From Candidatus Dojkabacteria bacterium (GTDB lineage: Bacteria; Patescibacteriota; Dojkabacteria; JAHIVN01): a stretch of DNA of 64,000 nucleotides. A program made the position numbers and the translations under genes. Positions 47,777 to 56,182 of the stretch are shown here, piece after piece (the stretch's first letter is position 1; every line of letters starts with the position of its first letter). The notes under the pieces were generated by a model. That model made no database searches. It was not told where the DNA came from and saw nothing but the letters and a program-made list of their open reading frames with translations. Location: the NCBI GenBank assembly GCA_016932045.1, contig JAFGDO010000002.1:2553-66552 (forward strand), given 5' to 3'.

Positions 47777-49342
47777 TTAGACTTGATTATCTTTTTGATC
47801 GGTATCTTCCTGGCTCTTCTGCTTATTTACATCTTCAACCTCATGAAAGACTTCAACCATTCCGATGATCTCCCATCTATGAATAATTGGAGTTACTGTT
47901 ACCCGAACAGAGATTTTTTTGTTATCTTTATTAATATAGTAATAATTGCTTGTGCTCGATTTGTATGTCCGCCTATCCCATGAAATTTTCCTTCCTGGGA
48001 TCAAAAGCAATGGACGTATTCTTGCCTTATGACTAATTTCTCTTCCTTCTGTATCCTGCATTGGTACGACCTTGCTCAATCGCCTTCCTTTTATTTCGTG
48101 TAACTTCCATCCAAGTATCCTCTCAAAAACCTCATTTACTAACAAGATCCAACCATTTTTATCAGTTATAATTAATCCATCTCCAATAGCTAAAAGCACT
48201 GCTTGTTGTTTAGCTCTTTCCTCTTCAATATCTGCTGTTGCTTGAATTACTTTTCTGTAGTAATTCTTTATCTCCTCTTCATGATACTTACGCTCAGTTA
48301 TATCTCGACCGATGCAAATAATACCATGCAAGTCACCTTTCTTGTCTTTTATAGTAGTGCATGACAGTGATATTGGAATATTCCTCCCGGACTTTGAGAA
48401 GAATGCTGTTTCTTCGTCAGTAATAATATTCCCCTTTAGTAGTTTTGGAATTGTTGTATTTTTGAAAACTGTGTCTGCATAATCTTCCTTTGCAAATATA
48501 CGAAAAACATTTTGTCCTAACAATTCTTCTTCTTTAAACCCAAGAGTATTTTCAACAGCTTTATTTATCCCAGCTATCTTGAAATCCTTTGTTAGAATTA
48601 ATAATAAATCAGACATTGCAGTAGTAATTGTTTCAGCTGCAGTGATAGGATTTAAATAGAGCGAATCATACTTTACCATCCCTATAGAAATGAATATACC
48701 TAAAACTGTATGACCAAACAATCTCGGAATCTGAATACCAAAGTATAAAAGTGCATCAAATATAAATTCTAAGATGGCAGCAAAAATTATACCGCCTATA
48801 ACGAATTTTACTTGTTTTCTTTTAACTGGACTTTTTGCTTTAAAATGAGAACTAATAATAAGAAACAAGCTTATTAACCCAAATGTACCCATTACAAAAC
48901 CAGCAATTATAGATATGAAATGATGGGCATAGAAAATTTTCCATGTTAAACTCCAACTTCCAACTTGACGTATAATTTCACCACTTAGCAAACCAGTCGG
49001 TATATCAATAAGTGTGAATATTACTGTAGGTAGATATATGATCACATAGGATACTTTTTTCTTTAAGAAATCATGCTGCTCTGTGAAAAGAAGAACAAAA
49101 TGAAATAGGAGACTCACACTAAATAACATTCCAGGAATATAAAGTCTTCCGTAAATTCTAGCTCTGCCAATACTTTCAGCAAGCAAGATATTTAAATCAA
49201 TAAAATCCAAATAAGCTGCACTTAGAAAGTACAACACGAGAAGAATAATGGCTTTATTCTTTGGATTCTTATAAAAAACAACCAGAGCTAATACAAGACA
49301 TGAAAAGAGATTAACTAGATCTTGTATTATATAAGTATTCAT
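47777..49342 (-). CDS. Membrane sensor with 6-7 TM N-terminal domain and two PAS domains, no output domain
   Basis: N-terminal polytopic region. PAS-like blocks (LLILTKDFKIAGINKAVENTLGFKEEELLGQNVFRIF...; DGLIITDKNGWILLVNEVFERILGWKLHEIKGRRL...). Confidence 0.55.
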   Translation of the reverse strand: MNTYIIQDLVNLFSCLVLALVVFYKNPKNKAIILLVLYFLSAAYLDFIDLNILLAESIGRARIYGRLYIPGMLFSVSLLFHFVLLFTEQHDFLKKKVSYVIIYLPTVIFTLIDIPTGLLSGEIIRQVGSWSLTWKIFYAHHFISIIAGFVMGTFGLISLFLIISSHFKAKSPVKRKQVKFVIGGIIFAAILEFIFDALLYFGIQIPRLFGHTVLGIFISIGMVKYDSLYLNPITAAETITTAMSDLLLILTKDFKIAGINKAVENTLGFKEEELLGQNVFRIFAKEDYADTVFKNTTIPKLLKGNIITDEETAFFSKSGRNIPISLSCTTIKDKKGDLHGIICIGRDITERKYHEEEIKNYYRKVIQATADIEEERAKQQAVLLAIGDGLIITDKNGWILLVNEVFERILGWKLHEIKGRRLSKVVPMQDTEGREISHKARIRPLLLIPGRKISWDRRTYKSSTSNYYYINKDNKKISVRVTVTPIIHRWEIIGMVEVFHEVEDVNKQKSQEDTDQKDNQV

Positions 49343-49597
49343 AATCTGTAGGATTTATAGAAAATCTTTATAAGTATATTAGATTATCATGTATATTGCC
49401 AGTATATTATTATGGTTCAAAATGACATATTTTTTGTAGAGATCGGAGAGAACCATTCGAAAGCTATGCAAAACTTGATGGGGACATTTGGATGTGGTGG
49501 TGGAAAGGATTTAGGAACAGTTAACACTTAATTATTGAAAACAAATTCAATATTTTGATCAATCTTCTTAAACAAAAAAACATCTGTGAATTTATAA

Positions 49598-49873
49598 TCA
49601 CTTTCTCAAATCACGTAATTCCTTTAACACTTCAATGCGCATGCCTATATCTCCATGTTCTTTATCATAAGAAAATTCTTCTAATAAAGAGCAGGGGAGT
49701 TCTGAACAGTATGAACAATCTTCTAAACCTTTCTTTTTAACACAGGAAGCCAAACGACAAGATCCATGGAATGGTTTACCATCTGTCTCCTTACAGCCAC
49801 CACAATTATTTGGCACCCGCCACTTACACACCTGACAATCAAGTCCACACATTCCCATTTTGAATTTTTTCAT
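49598..49873 (-). CDS. Cys-rich small protein (DUF3795-like)
   Basis: CGLDCQVCKW...CGGCKE...HGSC...CSYCSELPC pattern, about 12 Cys in 91 aa. Confidence 0.45.
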   Translation of the reverse strand: MKKFKMGMCGLDCQVCKWRVPNNCGGCKETDGKPFHGSCRLASCVKKKGLEDCSYCSELPCSLLEEFSYDKEHGDIGMRIEVLKELRDLRK

Positions 49874-49987
49874 AGTAACTCCTTTGTTTCTTTTTGGTAG
49901 TGCATTATTACTTATTATACATTAATTCAAAGAGTGTTTGCGAAAAGTGAATCATGAGGTAGAAGAGAGGTGAAATCTGGAATCGTT

Positions 49988-50524
49988 TTACAACTTATAC
50001 TCTAGGTGAATATCATTGGGTTCGAGCTTATATAGTTCCTTATTAATATCTTTCGCAAGTGTGCAGCCCATGTGTTTGTAGAAGTCTACTGTATTCATAT
50101 TTTCTGTAGCCGATACATATAGTTTTTTTGCGCCAAGTCGTCTTGCTTCTTTTGCAGCTATTCTAAAAAGTTTTCCGCCAAGCCCCTTTTTTCTGTATGT
50201 ACGGCCTATGTGGAGGAATTTCAGTTGAAGTGTGTCTTCATTCTTTCCTATGAACTTTTGATCAAGTATGACTACAGCTATCATTTTTTGTCCGACAAAT
50301 CCTCCTAAAAAGTAACCTCCTCTATCAAAGCAGTTAGTAAGTATTGGTTGGTATTTTTCGACTTCGCCTGGTGGCCAGCCTTTTGCTTCAAAATTAACTT
50401 TCTTGAGTTTAATACCTTCATCAATGTTAACATAGACAGAGTCAACAGATTCACTGCGATCTATATCAGTCCAGATTTGTGGAAGATCGGCTTTTTTCAA
50501 TTTTCGAAACATTATATTATCCAT
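49988..50524 (-). CDS. GNAT-family N-acetyltransferase (start trimmed so as not to overlap tRNA-His)
   Basis: Motif A RKKGLGGKLFRIAAKEARRLG. The track ORF extends to 50671 across the tRNA-His gene, so the start is taken at MDNIMFRKL (50524). Confidence 0.7.
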   Translation of the reverse strand: MDNIMFRKLKKADLPQIWTDIDRSESVDSVYVNIDEGIKLKKVNFEAKGWPPGEVEKYQPILTNCFDRGGYFLGGFVGQKMIAVVILDQKFIGKNEDTLQLKFLHIGRTYRKKGLGGKLFRIAAKEARRLGAKKLYVSATENMNTVDFYKHMGCTLAKDINKELYKLEPNDIHLEYKL

Positions 50525-50592
50525 GATCGGGGTTATTATACATTGTTTTTTGATACAGATCGATTGTAAAGAGGATTGTGGAAGGGGATAGA

Positions 50593-50669
50593 TGGGGTGG
50601 TCGGTGGGATTTGAACCCACGACAGCTCGCTCCACAGGCGAGTGCTCTACCAACTGAGCTACGACCACC
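50593..50669 (-). tRNA. tRNA-His (anticodon GUG) with encoded G-1 and CCA
   Basis: G-1 plus acceptor GUGGUCG/CGACCAC. D arm GCUC-AGUUGGU-AGAGC. Anticodon stem CUCGC/GCGAG with loop CUGUGGA. T arm GUGGG-UUCAAAU-CCCAC. Discriminator C, then CCA. Confidence 0.85.
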
Positions 50670-50967
50670 ATACTTCACAAAATTTCACTTTGTTCAATTT
50701 GTTTTGTATGGTAAACCACAAAATCACTGAACAATTAAAATTTTGATTGAAGTATGAGTGTCTTACGAAGTTTTAACAGAGTAAGACACCATACAGTACA
50801 ATATTATACCTGATTATTAACTCTCCTGGAAAGTATATTTGAAGAGCATTGGTTATAATTTGGAAATTATATCCCGTAGAAGATTCGCTGCGCTTATCTC
50901 CACGGGATTATATATCTCTACGATTTTTCTGCTCCCACTAAGCGGGATTGAAAAATCTAGAGCTATA

Positions 50968-50994
50968 TAAAAAAGACTCTATCATTATAGAGTC
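50968..50994 (-). terminator. Rho-independent terminator downstream of the tRNA-Arg(UCU) transcription unit
   Basis: Minus-sense AGACUCUAU-AAUG-AUAGAGUCU followed by UUUUUU. Confidence 0.45.
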
Positions 50995-51123
50995 TGGGGC
51001 AGTGGCATATATAAAATAACATTTCTTTCGCCTAATTGCAAGATTATTTGGGCGTGTCAGCACGTTGACTATGTGGCTGCTAATATACTATTAGAGCAAA
51101 AAATTGGTTCATTGGATATTAAA

Positions 51124-51263
51124 GCAAAGTGCGCTCGACAGGACTCGCCTGTCCGCCTTGGGCGGAAACCTGTAAACCTGCTTTTGTCTGAGATAGCAAA
51201 GTGCGCTCGACAGGACTCGCCTGTCCGCCTTGGGCGGAAACCTGTAAACCTGCTCTTATCTGA
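51124..51263 (-). repeat. Two tandem 70-nt direct repeats, each a copy of the tRNA-Arg(UCU) 3' end (acceptor and T-arm 3' strands) carrying a 20-nt hairpin insertion
   Basis: Units gcaaagtgcgctcgacaggactcgCCTGTCCGCCTTGGGCGGAAacctgtaaacctgct... occur at 51124-51193 and 51194-51263, and the genuine tRNA starts at 51264 in the same phase. The units differ at 3 positions. Confidence 0.75.
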
Positions 51264-51273
51264 GATAGCAAAG

Positions 51274-51346
51274 TGCGCTCGACAGGACTCGAACCTGTAA
51301 CCTACTGCTTAGAAGGCAGTTGCTCTATCCATTGAGCTACGAGCGC
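51274..51346 (-). tRNA. tRNA-Arg (anticodon UCU)
   Basis: Acceptor GCGCUCG/CGAGCGC. D arm GCUC-AAUGGAU-AGAGC. Anticodon stem ACUGC/GCAGU with loop CUUCUAA. T arm ACAGG-UUCGAGU-CCUGU. Discriminator A. Confidence 0.8.
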
Positions 51347-51360
51347 ACTTTGCTTTGTCA

Positions 51361-51486
51361 AAACAAGAAAGGCAGTTGCTCCCGTGTCCCGTAAATTGAG
51401 CGTTAGCAAAATTCTACGGGATATCCAATTGTCAGCCCAAGGCTGCCTGTCCTGGTCTAAGCATGCCAGGGATGAGCCTAGGGCTC
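51361..51486 (-). repeat. tRNA-Arg 5'-half-like remnant plus 55-nt structured hairpin element (homologous to the insert in the tRNA-Lys remnant)
   Basis: Minus sense reads GAGCCCUAGGCUCAUCCCUGG...CCAGGACAGGCAGCCUUGGGCUGA-CAAUUG, then a diverged GGGAGCAACUGCCUUUCUU that resembles the tRNA-Arg D-stem/anticodon stem. Confidence 0.5.
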
Positions 51487-51629
51487 AAGCAATCGGCATA
51501 CACTATCTAACTCTATGATTATAATAAAAATATATGATAAACTCAATTATTATAGAGATTACTGGCGCTTAAATTGTATAATTGGATGAAAAAGATTAAA
51601 ATTAGTATATTCTTTTTTCAGAAAAGCTT

Positions 51630-52793
51630 ATGAATCAATTACTTCCAGCGACAAAGGAATATTTCAAAAAGGTCTATGAAAGTATTATAGGGTCGGTGAA
51701 GAAAAATAGAGATGTTCATCTGATTGGTCTGCGTGAGTCTGGAAAGACCTACGTGATGAAGATGCTTGCTCTTTCAAAGCAAGGGGTATCCTTCAGGAAA
51801 TTATATCCAAGGGTAGAGGTCTTCTTTATTGATCAAGATCTTGTTGGGGAGGAGGAATTTGTATGGCTGCAGCTTGCTAAGCAGATGGACATCGAGTCTT
51901 CAGAAAATATTTCCGTACTTTTCCACAAGATTCTATCTTATGTCGATGATAAGACAAGGAATAAGGGATACACTTTAGTTCTAATTCTAAATCAGCTACT
52001 CACGTGGCGATCATTATCCTCAGATCTGATAGATAAGCTTCTTAAGATAAAAACTATTTTTTCAGAGAAGGTTAAATTTGTGATTATCTCAAATGCCTTC
52101 GAAGATTATTCGTCAAGTCAGGATTATCTAGACACATTATCAATTCTCAATTTTAAAAGGATTTGGTTTCCGATTCTTTCCTTAGAAGATACCAAAAAGC
52201 AAATAGCTGAAAATAGAGTAAAAGCGGGAAAAAGTATTAAAGAAATAGAGAGTGAAAGCTATTTTGAGATAATTTTTAGACTAAGCGGGGGGATTCCCGG
52301 GATAACGAAGAAGTTGATGTCGGTCCCATTAAAAGGCATTGAAGGTGGACCTGAGGATCTGCTTAAGAATAAATCTATTATTCAGCAGCTGTTATTTACG
52401 TTAAAAGGTATAGATTTTAAGTATCTTGATTTACTCAAAAAAGGTAAATACAGCGAAGAATTATATAAATCAGGATTGACCGATAGGAAAGGGAGAATCA
52501 AGAGCTCGCTTATAATGAATTTTCTAGAAAACTTCGACTATAAAACGATGCTTAGGCAAAAAGCTATTCCGGAGCAATTATTATCGGTTCAGGAGAAAAA
52601 GGTATATGATCTTTTGAAGAAAAATAAAGGCGAAACTGTTGCAAGAGAGGAAATTGCTCAAGTTATGTGGGGAGAAGAATATACTCAGAAGTACTCAGAT
52701 TGGGCTATTGATTCATTAATAAAAAGAATTAGACAGAAGATTCCTACAGTCAAGATAGTAACCCAAAAAGGTAAGGGTTATGTTTTTAAATAG
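51630..52793 (+). CDS. P-loop NTPase fused to C-terminal OmpR/PhoB-type winged-helix DNA-binding domain
   Basis: Walker A HLIGLRESGKTYVMKML and a candidate Walker B VFFIDQD. C-terminal ...AREEIAQVMWGEEYTQKYSDWAIDSLIKRIRQKIP...KGKGYVFK follows the trans_reg_C pattern. GC about 34%. Confidence 0.55.
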   Translation: MNQLLPATKEYFKKVYESIIGSVKKNRDVHLIGLRESGKTYVMKMLALSKQGVSFRKLYPRVEVFFIDQDLVGEEEFVWLQLAKQMDIESSENISVLFHKILSYVDDKTRNKGYTLVLILNQLLTWRSLSSDLIDKLLKIKTIFSEKVKFVIISNAFEDYSSSQDYLDTLSILNFKRIWFPILSLEDTKKQIAENRVKAGKSIKEIESESYFEIIFRLSGGIPGITKKLMSVPLKGIEGGPEDLLKNKSIIQQLLFTLKGIDFKYLDLLKKGKYSEELYKSGLTDRKGRIKSSLIMNFLENFDYKTMLRQKAIPEQLLSVQEKKVYDLLKKNKGETVAREEIAQVMWGEEYTQKYSDWAIDSLIKRIRQKIPTVKIVTQKGKGYVFK

Positions 52794-52805
52794 TGCAAGA
52801 TTAAG

Positions 52806-54884
52806 ATGACCGAAGAAAAGCCACAAAGAGATCCTGAAACCGACTATTTCCTTAAATCCTACGCAAAGCGTCTGCAAGTAAGCGCAGAAAGACAAGAGAC
52901 TGTTGTCTTTCTGCCAGAATTAGCTTTGCCCGAAGTTCGAGAAGGGCTCGATGCCCTCTTTGGTAGTGAAGCAGTATACGAAATTTCCGAAACTACAGGT
53001 GAAACTTCTGAATATGACTCATCAACTACATACGTTGGAGTAGGGGATACAGTTGATTCGACTGAGCGAATTGAGCAAGCTCTAGGAGATTCTGCTGTAG
53101 GGCATTTGCCTGATGAAGAGAGAAGGGCTATTGCCGAGCAATCTCGAAGGCTACAACTCTTTTTCCATGATTGTTTAAGTACTGATCCTCAAGCAATTCG
53201 AGCCGTTCTTAAAGAGAATCCCAATATGGATGTTGAGGCAAGAAAGTATTACTACAGAATGTATCTACTTCGGGTTGTTATTGATCACATAATTGGGGAG
53301 TATAGAGCCAGGGGGTGGGATACAGATGAAGCCTACTTACCACTAGGATTTGTATACGGCAGTGCAGCAGAAAAGACACCTGAGGGAACTGAGATAATTG
53401 AACTCAAGGCAGATAATGTGCCTTGTCCAGCTAGACGTCTTGTAAGACCAACAAGTGATATTGACGTCTGTGTACCAATGAGTATTGGCCGGGTTAAAGA
53501 TTCTTTAGAGCTTAGAAGAAAACTAGAAAAAGCCAGGGATGTCTTGGATGGTACAACTTTATATGACGAAGTAATGACTGGGGTAACTGAATCATTTGAA
53601 AGACATGGGATGCAAGCGGCTCATCGCTTTGCAAATGCACGAGAATTTGCAAGAGGAACACTAAGTATGCGAGAGATTTCAGATCATTCTCTACTGGGGC
53701 TTGTGATCTATATGGCAAGAAGGGTGATCGGTTATAAATTCGTACACGAAGTATCTTATAAAAATGTAAGACATCCAATTATTGATATTACGACCCCGGA
53801 ACATAATCTTACTAAAAGTACATTGTACAATCCACATGAGTTTGCTCGAGCGGTTTCAACAGACGCCTTTTCTTTTACAGACGGTGAGAGCAGGGTAGGG
53901 TTTCTCCTGGGAGTTCGTTTTATCGCAGGTAGACCAATTGCTGTGGGGGACATTGTTGCACTACAGCATAGAAGCGCCGAGTCCCAAAAAGCGGGGCCTT
54001 TAAAACCAAGGGAAATTTTCTTTGAAAGGCTTTATGCTTCTTACTCGGATATCAAAGCTGTTGCTTACTCGTTCATGCGTAGAATACTAGCTATGGACGA
54101 TGAAGTCATCGGAACAAATCTTAGAGATTTAATCCACCCGCGACTCTTATTCCTCATGGGCAGTCAGGTTCTAAAGCTTGATGTTTGTACAGAAAGGTTT
54201 GCTTTTTCAAGACTTGCTGCTTATGCTGAACCCTATAATAAGGAGCACATTGATTATTTTTTACATCACTTCCTTAGGGTTTTAAGTAGTATTGCATTAA
54301 GGATTATTTCTCAAGATAAAGCTGCAAGAGCTATCAAATTAGAGGAGATGGATTTAAGTGAAATTTATAATCTCTTATCTCTTGGAACTCGAAGGGCTCT
54401 TGCTATGTATTTACAGATGCTAGAGGTTATGGGAATTCATCACATGTGGAACGTTTTGGCAAGGAACCTAATTCTTGCTGGAAGAGTTGAGGTGTGTCAG
54501 GGTGACCTATCGACCAGACAGCACTATGAAATTCTTGCCTACCCAGAGACTCTGGGTGAGGTTGGTATTGCGTCTGAACTGCTTGAGGGCTCCGATCAGT
54601 TATTTCCAAGTGTTTTTACAGCTACACGTGATACACAGAGCGATTTGCCTACAATTAACATCTTGCAGTTACTAAGCAGGCCGAAGATAGATGAGATAGA
54701 AGCTCAAGTAGAAGAGCATTATGCAGAGCAAAAGCAAGATACACGTTTCCGTCAGAGGTTTGCTTCGGTTTTACTAAGTATTTTGCATGAGAATCCCTAT
54801 TTGTGGAATGGTGTGGCTGATCTGCTTCAGCTACCAGGACAACTCAGACAGATGCTAAAACACACACTAAGAATCTCCCGTTAA
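52806..54884 (+). CDS. Orphan 692-aa protein, compositionally foreign (GC about 44%), with a possible polymerase-beta-type nucleotidyltransferase motif
   Basis: Starts 12 nt after the ATPase-wHTH gene. Contains LGFVYGSAAEK...(about 30 aa)...PTSDIDVCVP (a GS...DhDh-like arrangement with an unusually long spacer), then a Leu-rich helical C-terminal half. No other motif recognised. Confidence 0.4.
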   Translation: MTEEKPQRDPETDYFLKSYAKRLQVSAERQETVVFLPELALPEVREGLDALFGSEAVYEISETTGETSEYDSSTTYVGVGDTVDSTERIEQALGDSAVGHLPDEERRAIAEQSRRLQLFFHDCLSTDPQAIRAVLKENPNMDVEARKYYYRMYLLRVVIDHIIGEYRARGWDTDEAYLPLGFVYGSAAEKTPEGTEIIELKADNVPCPARRLVRPTSDIDVCVPMSIGRVKDSLELRRKLEKARDVLDGTTLYDEVMTGVTESFERHGMQAAHRFANAREFARGTLSMREISDHSLLGLVIYMARRVIGYKFVHEVSYKNVRHPIIDITTPEHNLTKSTLYNPHEFARAVSTDAFSFTDGESRVGFLLGVRFIAGRPIAVGDIVALQHRSAESQKAGPLKPREIFFERLYASYSDIKAVAYSFMRRILAMDDEVIGTNLRDLIHPRLLFLMGSQVLKLDVCTERFAFSRLAAYAEPYNKEHIDYFLHHFLRVLSSIALRIISQDKAARAIKLEEMDLSEIYNLLSLGTRRALAMYLQMLEVMGIHHMWNVLARNLILAGRVEVCQGDLSTRQHYEILAYPETLGEVGIASELLEGSDQLFPSVFTATRDTQSDLPTINILQLLSRPKIDEIEAQVEEHYAEQKQDTRFRQRFASVLLSILHENPYLWNGVADLLQLPGQLRQMLKHTLRISR

Positions 54885-54997
54885 ACTTTCCTATCACTTA
54901 ATTCTCTGTCAGATTCTGTCAGAGTCACTGCCAAGCAAATCCATTTTTTATATAGTATGATTCACCTTACTTATATAATCATTTTATATATACGACT

Positions 54998-55243
54998 ATG
55001 ACAAATGAAGGTCCAACTATAATTGAAGGTGAACTTGTAGATGCTCGACGTGCAGGAGGAGCGATATATAAACACAGTGAGCGAGTTTCGACAGATCAGG
55101 CACAAGCAATAGCAGGACTTAGAGCTCCTGTAGCTTGTACTGATATTACCAGATACACATCCGAAGCAGCAAGAGCACTTTTTGCTCAAGGAAGACTGTC
55201 TCAGGCTGAAATAGCAGCTCTAAGAAGCGCGGGTAAACTTTAA
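54998..55243 (+). CDS. Hypothetical Ala-rich 81-aa protein with its own AT-rich upstream region
   Basis: ORF with similarly elevated GC. No SD-like sequence. Function unknown. Confidence 0.3.
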   Translation: MTNEGPTIIEGELVDARRAGGAIYKHSERVSTDQAQAIAGLRAPVACTDITRYTSEAARALFAQGRLSQAEIAALRSAGKL

Positions 55244-55267
55244 TAATTAATATTTTATCTAATTAAT

Positions 55268-55603
55268 ATGGACAAGAAGAAAAAGATTCTTATTGCCGTT
55301 GCAGTTGTTCTTCTTGCATGTCCTTTGTTTGGATATGGAGCAGCAAAGCTTTTCCTTCTACCAGCTAGCCCAAATAAGGTTTGTCAGCATATGTGGGATT
55401 TAACAGAAAAAGAATTGAAAGATATAGTTGGTGAAGAAGAGGCAAAGAAAATGCTGGAAGAGGAGATGGGCAGTATTGATGAATGTGTAAAAGATGAGAA
55501 GAAAAGACGAGAGAATTCAACAAAAGGCATGTTAGAAATCAAGAAGGAAGCAGATTGCATCCTTGATGCAAAAAGCTTAGAGGATTTAGAAAAGTGTGAT
55601 TAA
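55268..55603 (+). CDS. Small exported protein or lipoprotein (signal peptide with Cys near the cleavage region)
   Basis: MDKKKKILIAVAVVLLACPLFGYGAAK, then a charged helical region. Confidence 0.4.
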   Translation: MDKKKKILIAVAVVLLACPLFGYGAAKLFLLPASPNKVCQHMWDLTEKELKDIVGEEEAKKMLEEEMGSIDECVKDEKKRRENSTKGMLEIKKEADCILDAKSLEDLEKCD

Positions 55604-55687
55604 ATAAATTGATGCCTCGTGCTGGAAGTAAAATCCAGTGCGAGGCCACACTCAATTTGCTTAAGATAGAACTATTCAAAAGGGGGT

Positions 55688-55726
55688 AACAAGAGAGTAG
55701 CTAGTCTACTCTCTTGTTTTATTTGG
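55688..55726 (+). terminator. Rho-independent terminator after the 55268 gene (preceded by a second hairpin at 55614-55646)
   Basis: AACAAGAGAGTAG-ctagt-CTACTCTCTTGTT (13-bp perfect stem) followed by TTATTTGG. Confidence 0.6.
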
Positions 55727-55913
55727 CGTATAAAATGGTGCACTTTTTGATTCCTCTTGAATACAAAACTTAACTATGTATTGTAATAAAAAAGAAATTA
55801 CTCTAGAATGATTAAAACAGCTCTTTGCTATCAGGATGAATATTATCAAAGATAGCAAATCTATAACAACCATCTTTAAGACGTAATATATTTTAATTTT
55901 TATTTTTATCTAC

Positions 55914-56123
55914 ATGGAACAGAAACAACCACAGTCCAAGATGACTATGGCACTTGTATGTTTCTTCCTAGGCAGTTTCGGTGTTCACCGCCTGATGATG
56001 GGCTATTCGAATTGGTGGCTCATGCTTGTCACATTCGGAGGCTTTGGGCTATGGACGCTGTATGACTTTGTCATGATACTCACAGGTAAAATGACAATGG
56101 CCGATGGTACAGCCTTAGCCTAA
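55914..56123 (+). CDS. TM2-domain membrane protein
   Basis: LGSFGVHRLMMGYSNWWLMLVTFGGFGLWTLYDFVMIL matches the TM2 domain pattern (GxxGxHRFYxG...GGxGIWxLxD). Confidence 0.55.
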   Translation: MEQKQPQSKMTMALVCFFLGSFGVHRLMMGYSNWWLMLVTFGGFGLWTLYDFVMILTGKMTMADGTALA

Positions 56124-56182
56124 ATAGTTTAACATAGACTAAAACTAGTGCAGGACATATAACCCCTGCACTAGAATAGAGT

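Noticed and set aside
50525-50671. N-terminal 49 codons of the track ORF 49988..50671 (MVVVAQLVEHSPVERAVVGSNPTD...)
   Set aside because: This stretch is the antisense translation of tRNA-His (VERAVVGSNPT is typical of the reverse translation of a tRNA T-arm). The GNAT gene start was moved to 50524.
51073-51300. 75-aa ORF (MAANILLEQKIG...KCARQDSPVRLGRKPVNLLLSEIA repeated)
   Set aside because: Its repetitive peptide is simply the translation of the two 70-nt tandem tRNA-Arg 3'-fragment repeats plus the tRNA itself. It is not a gene.
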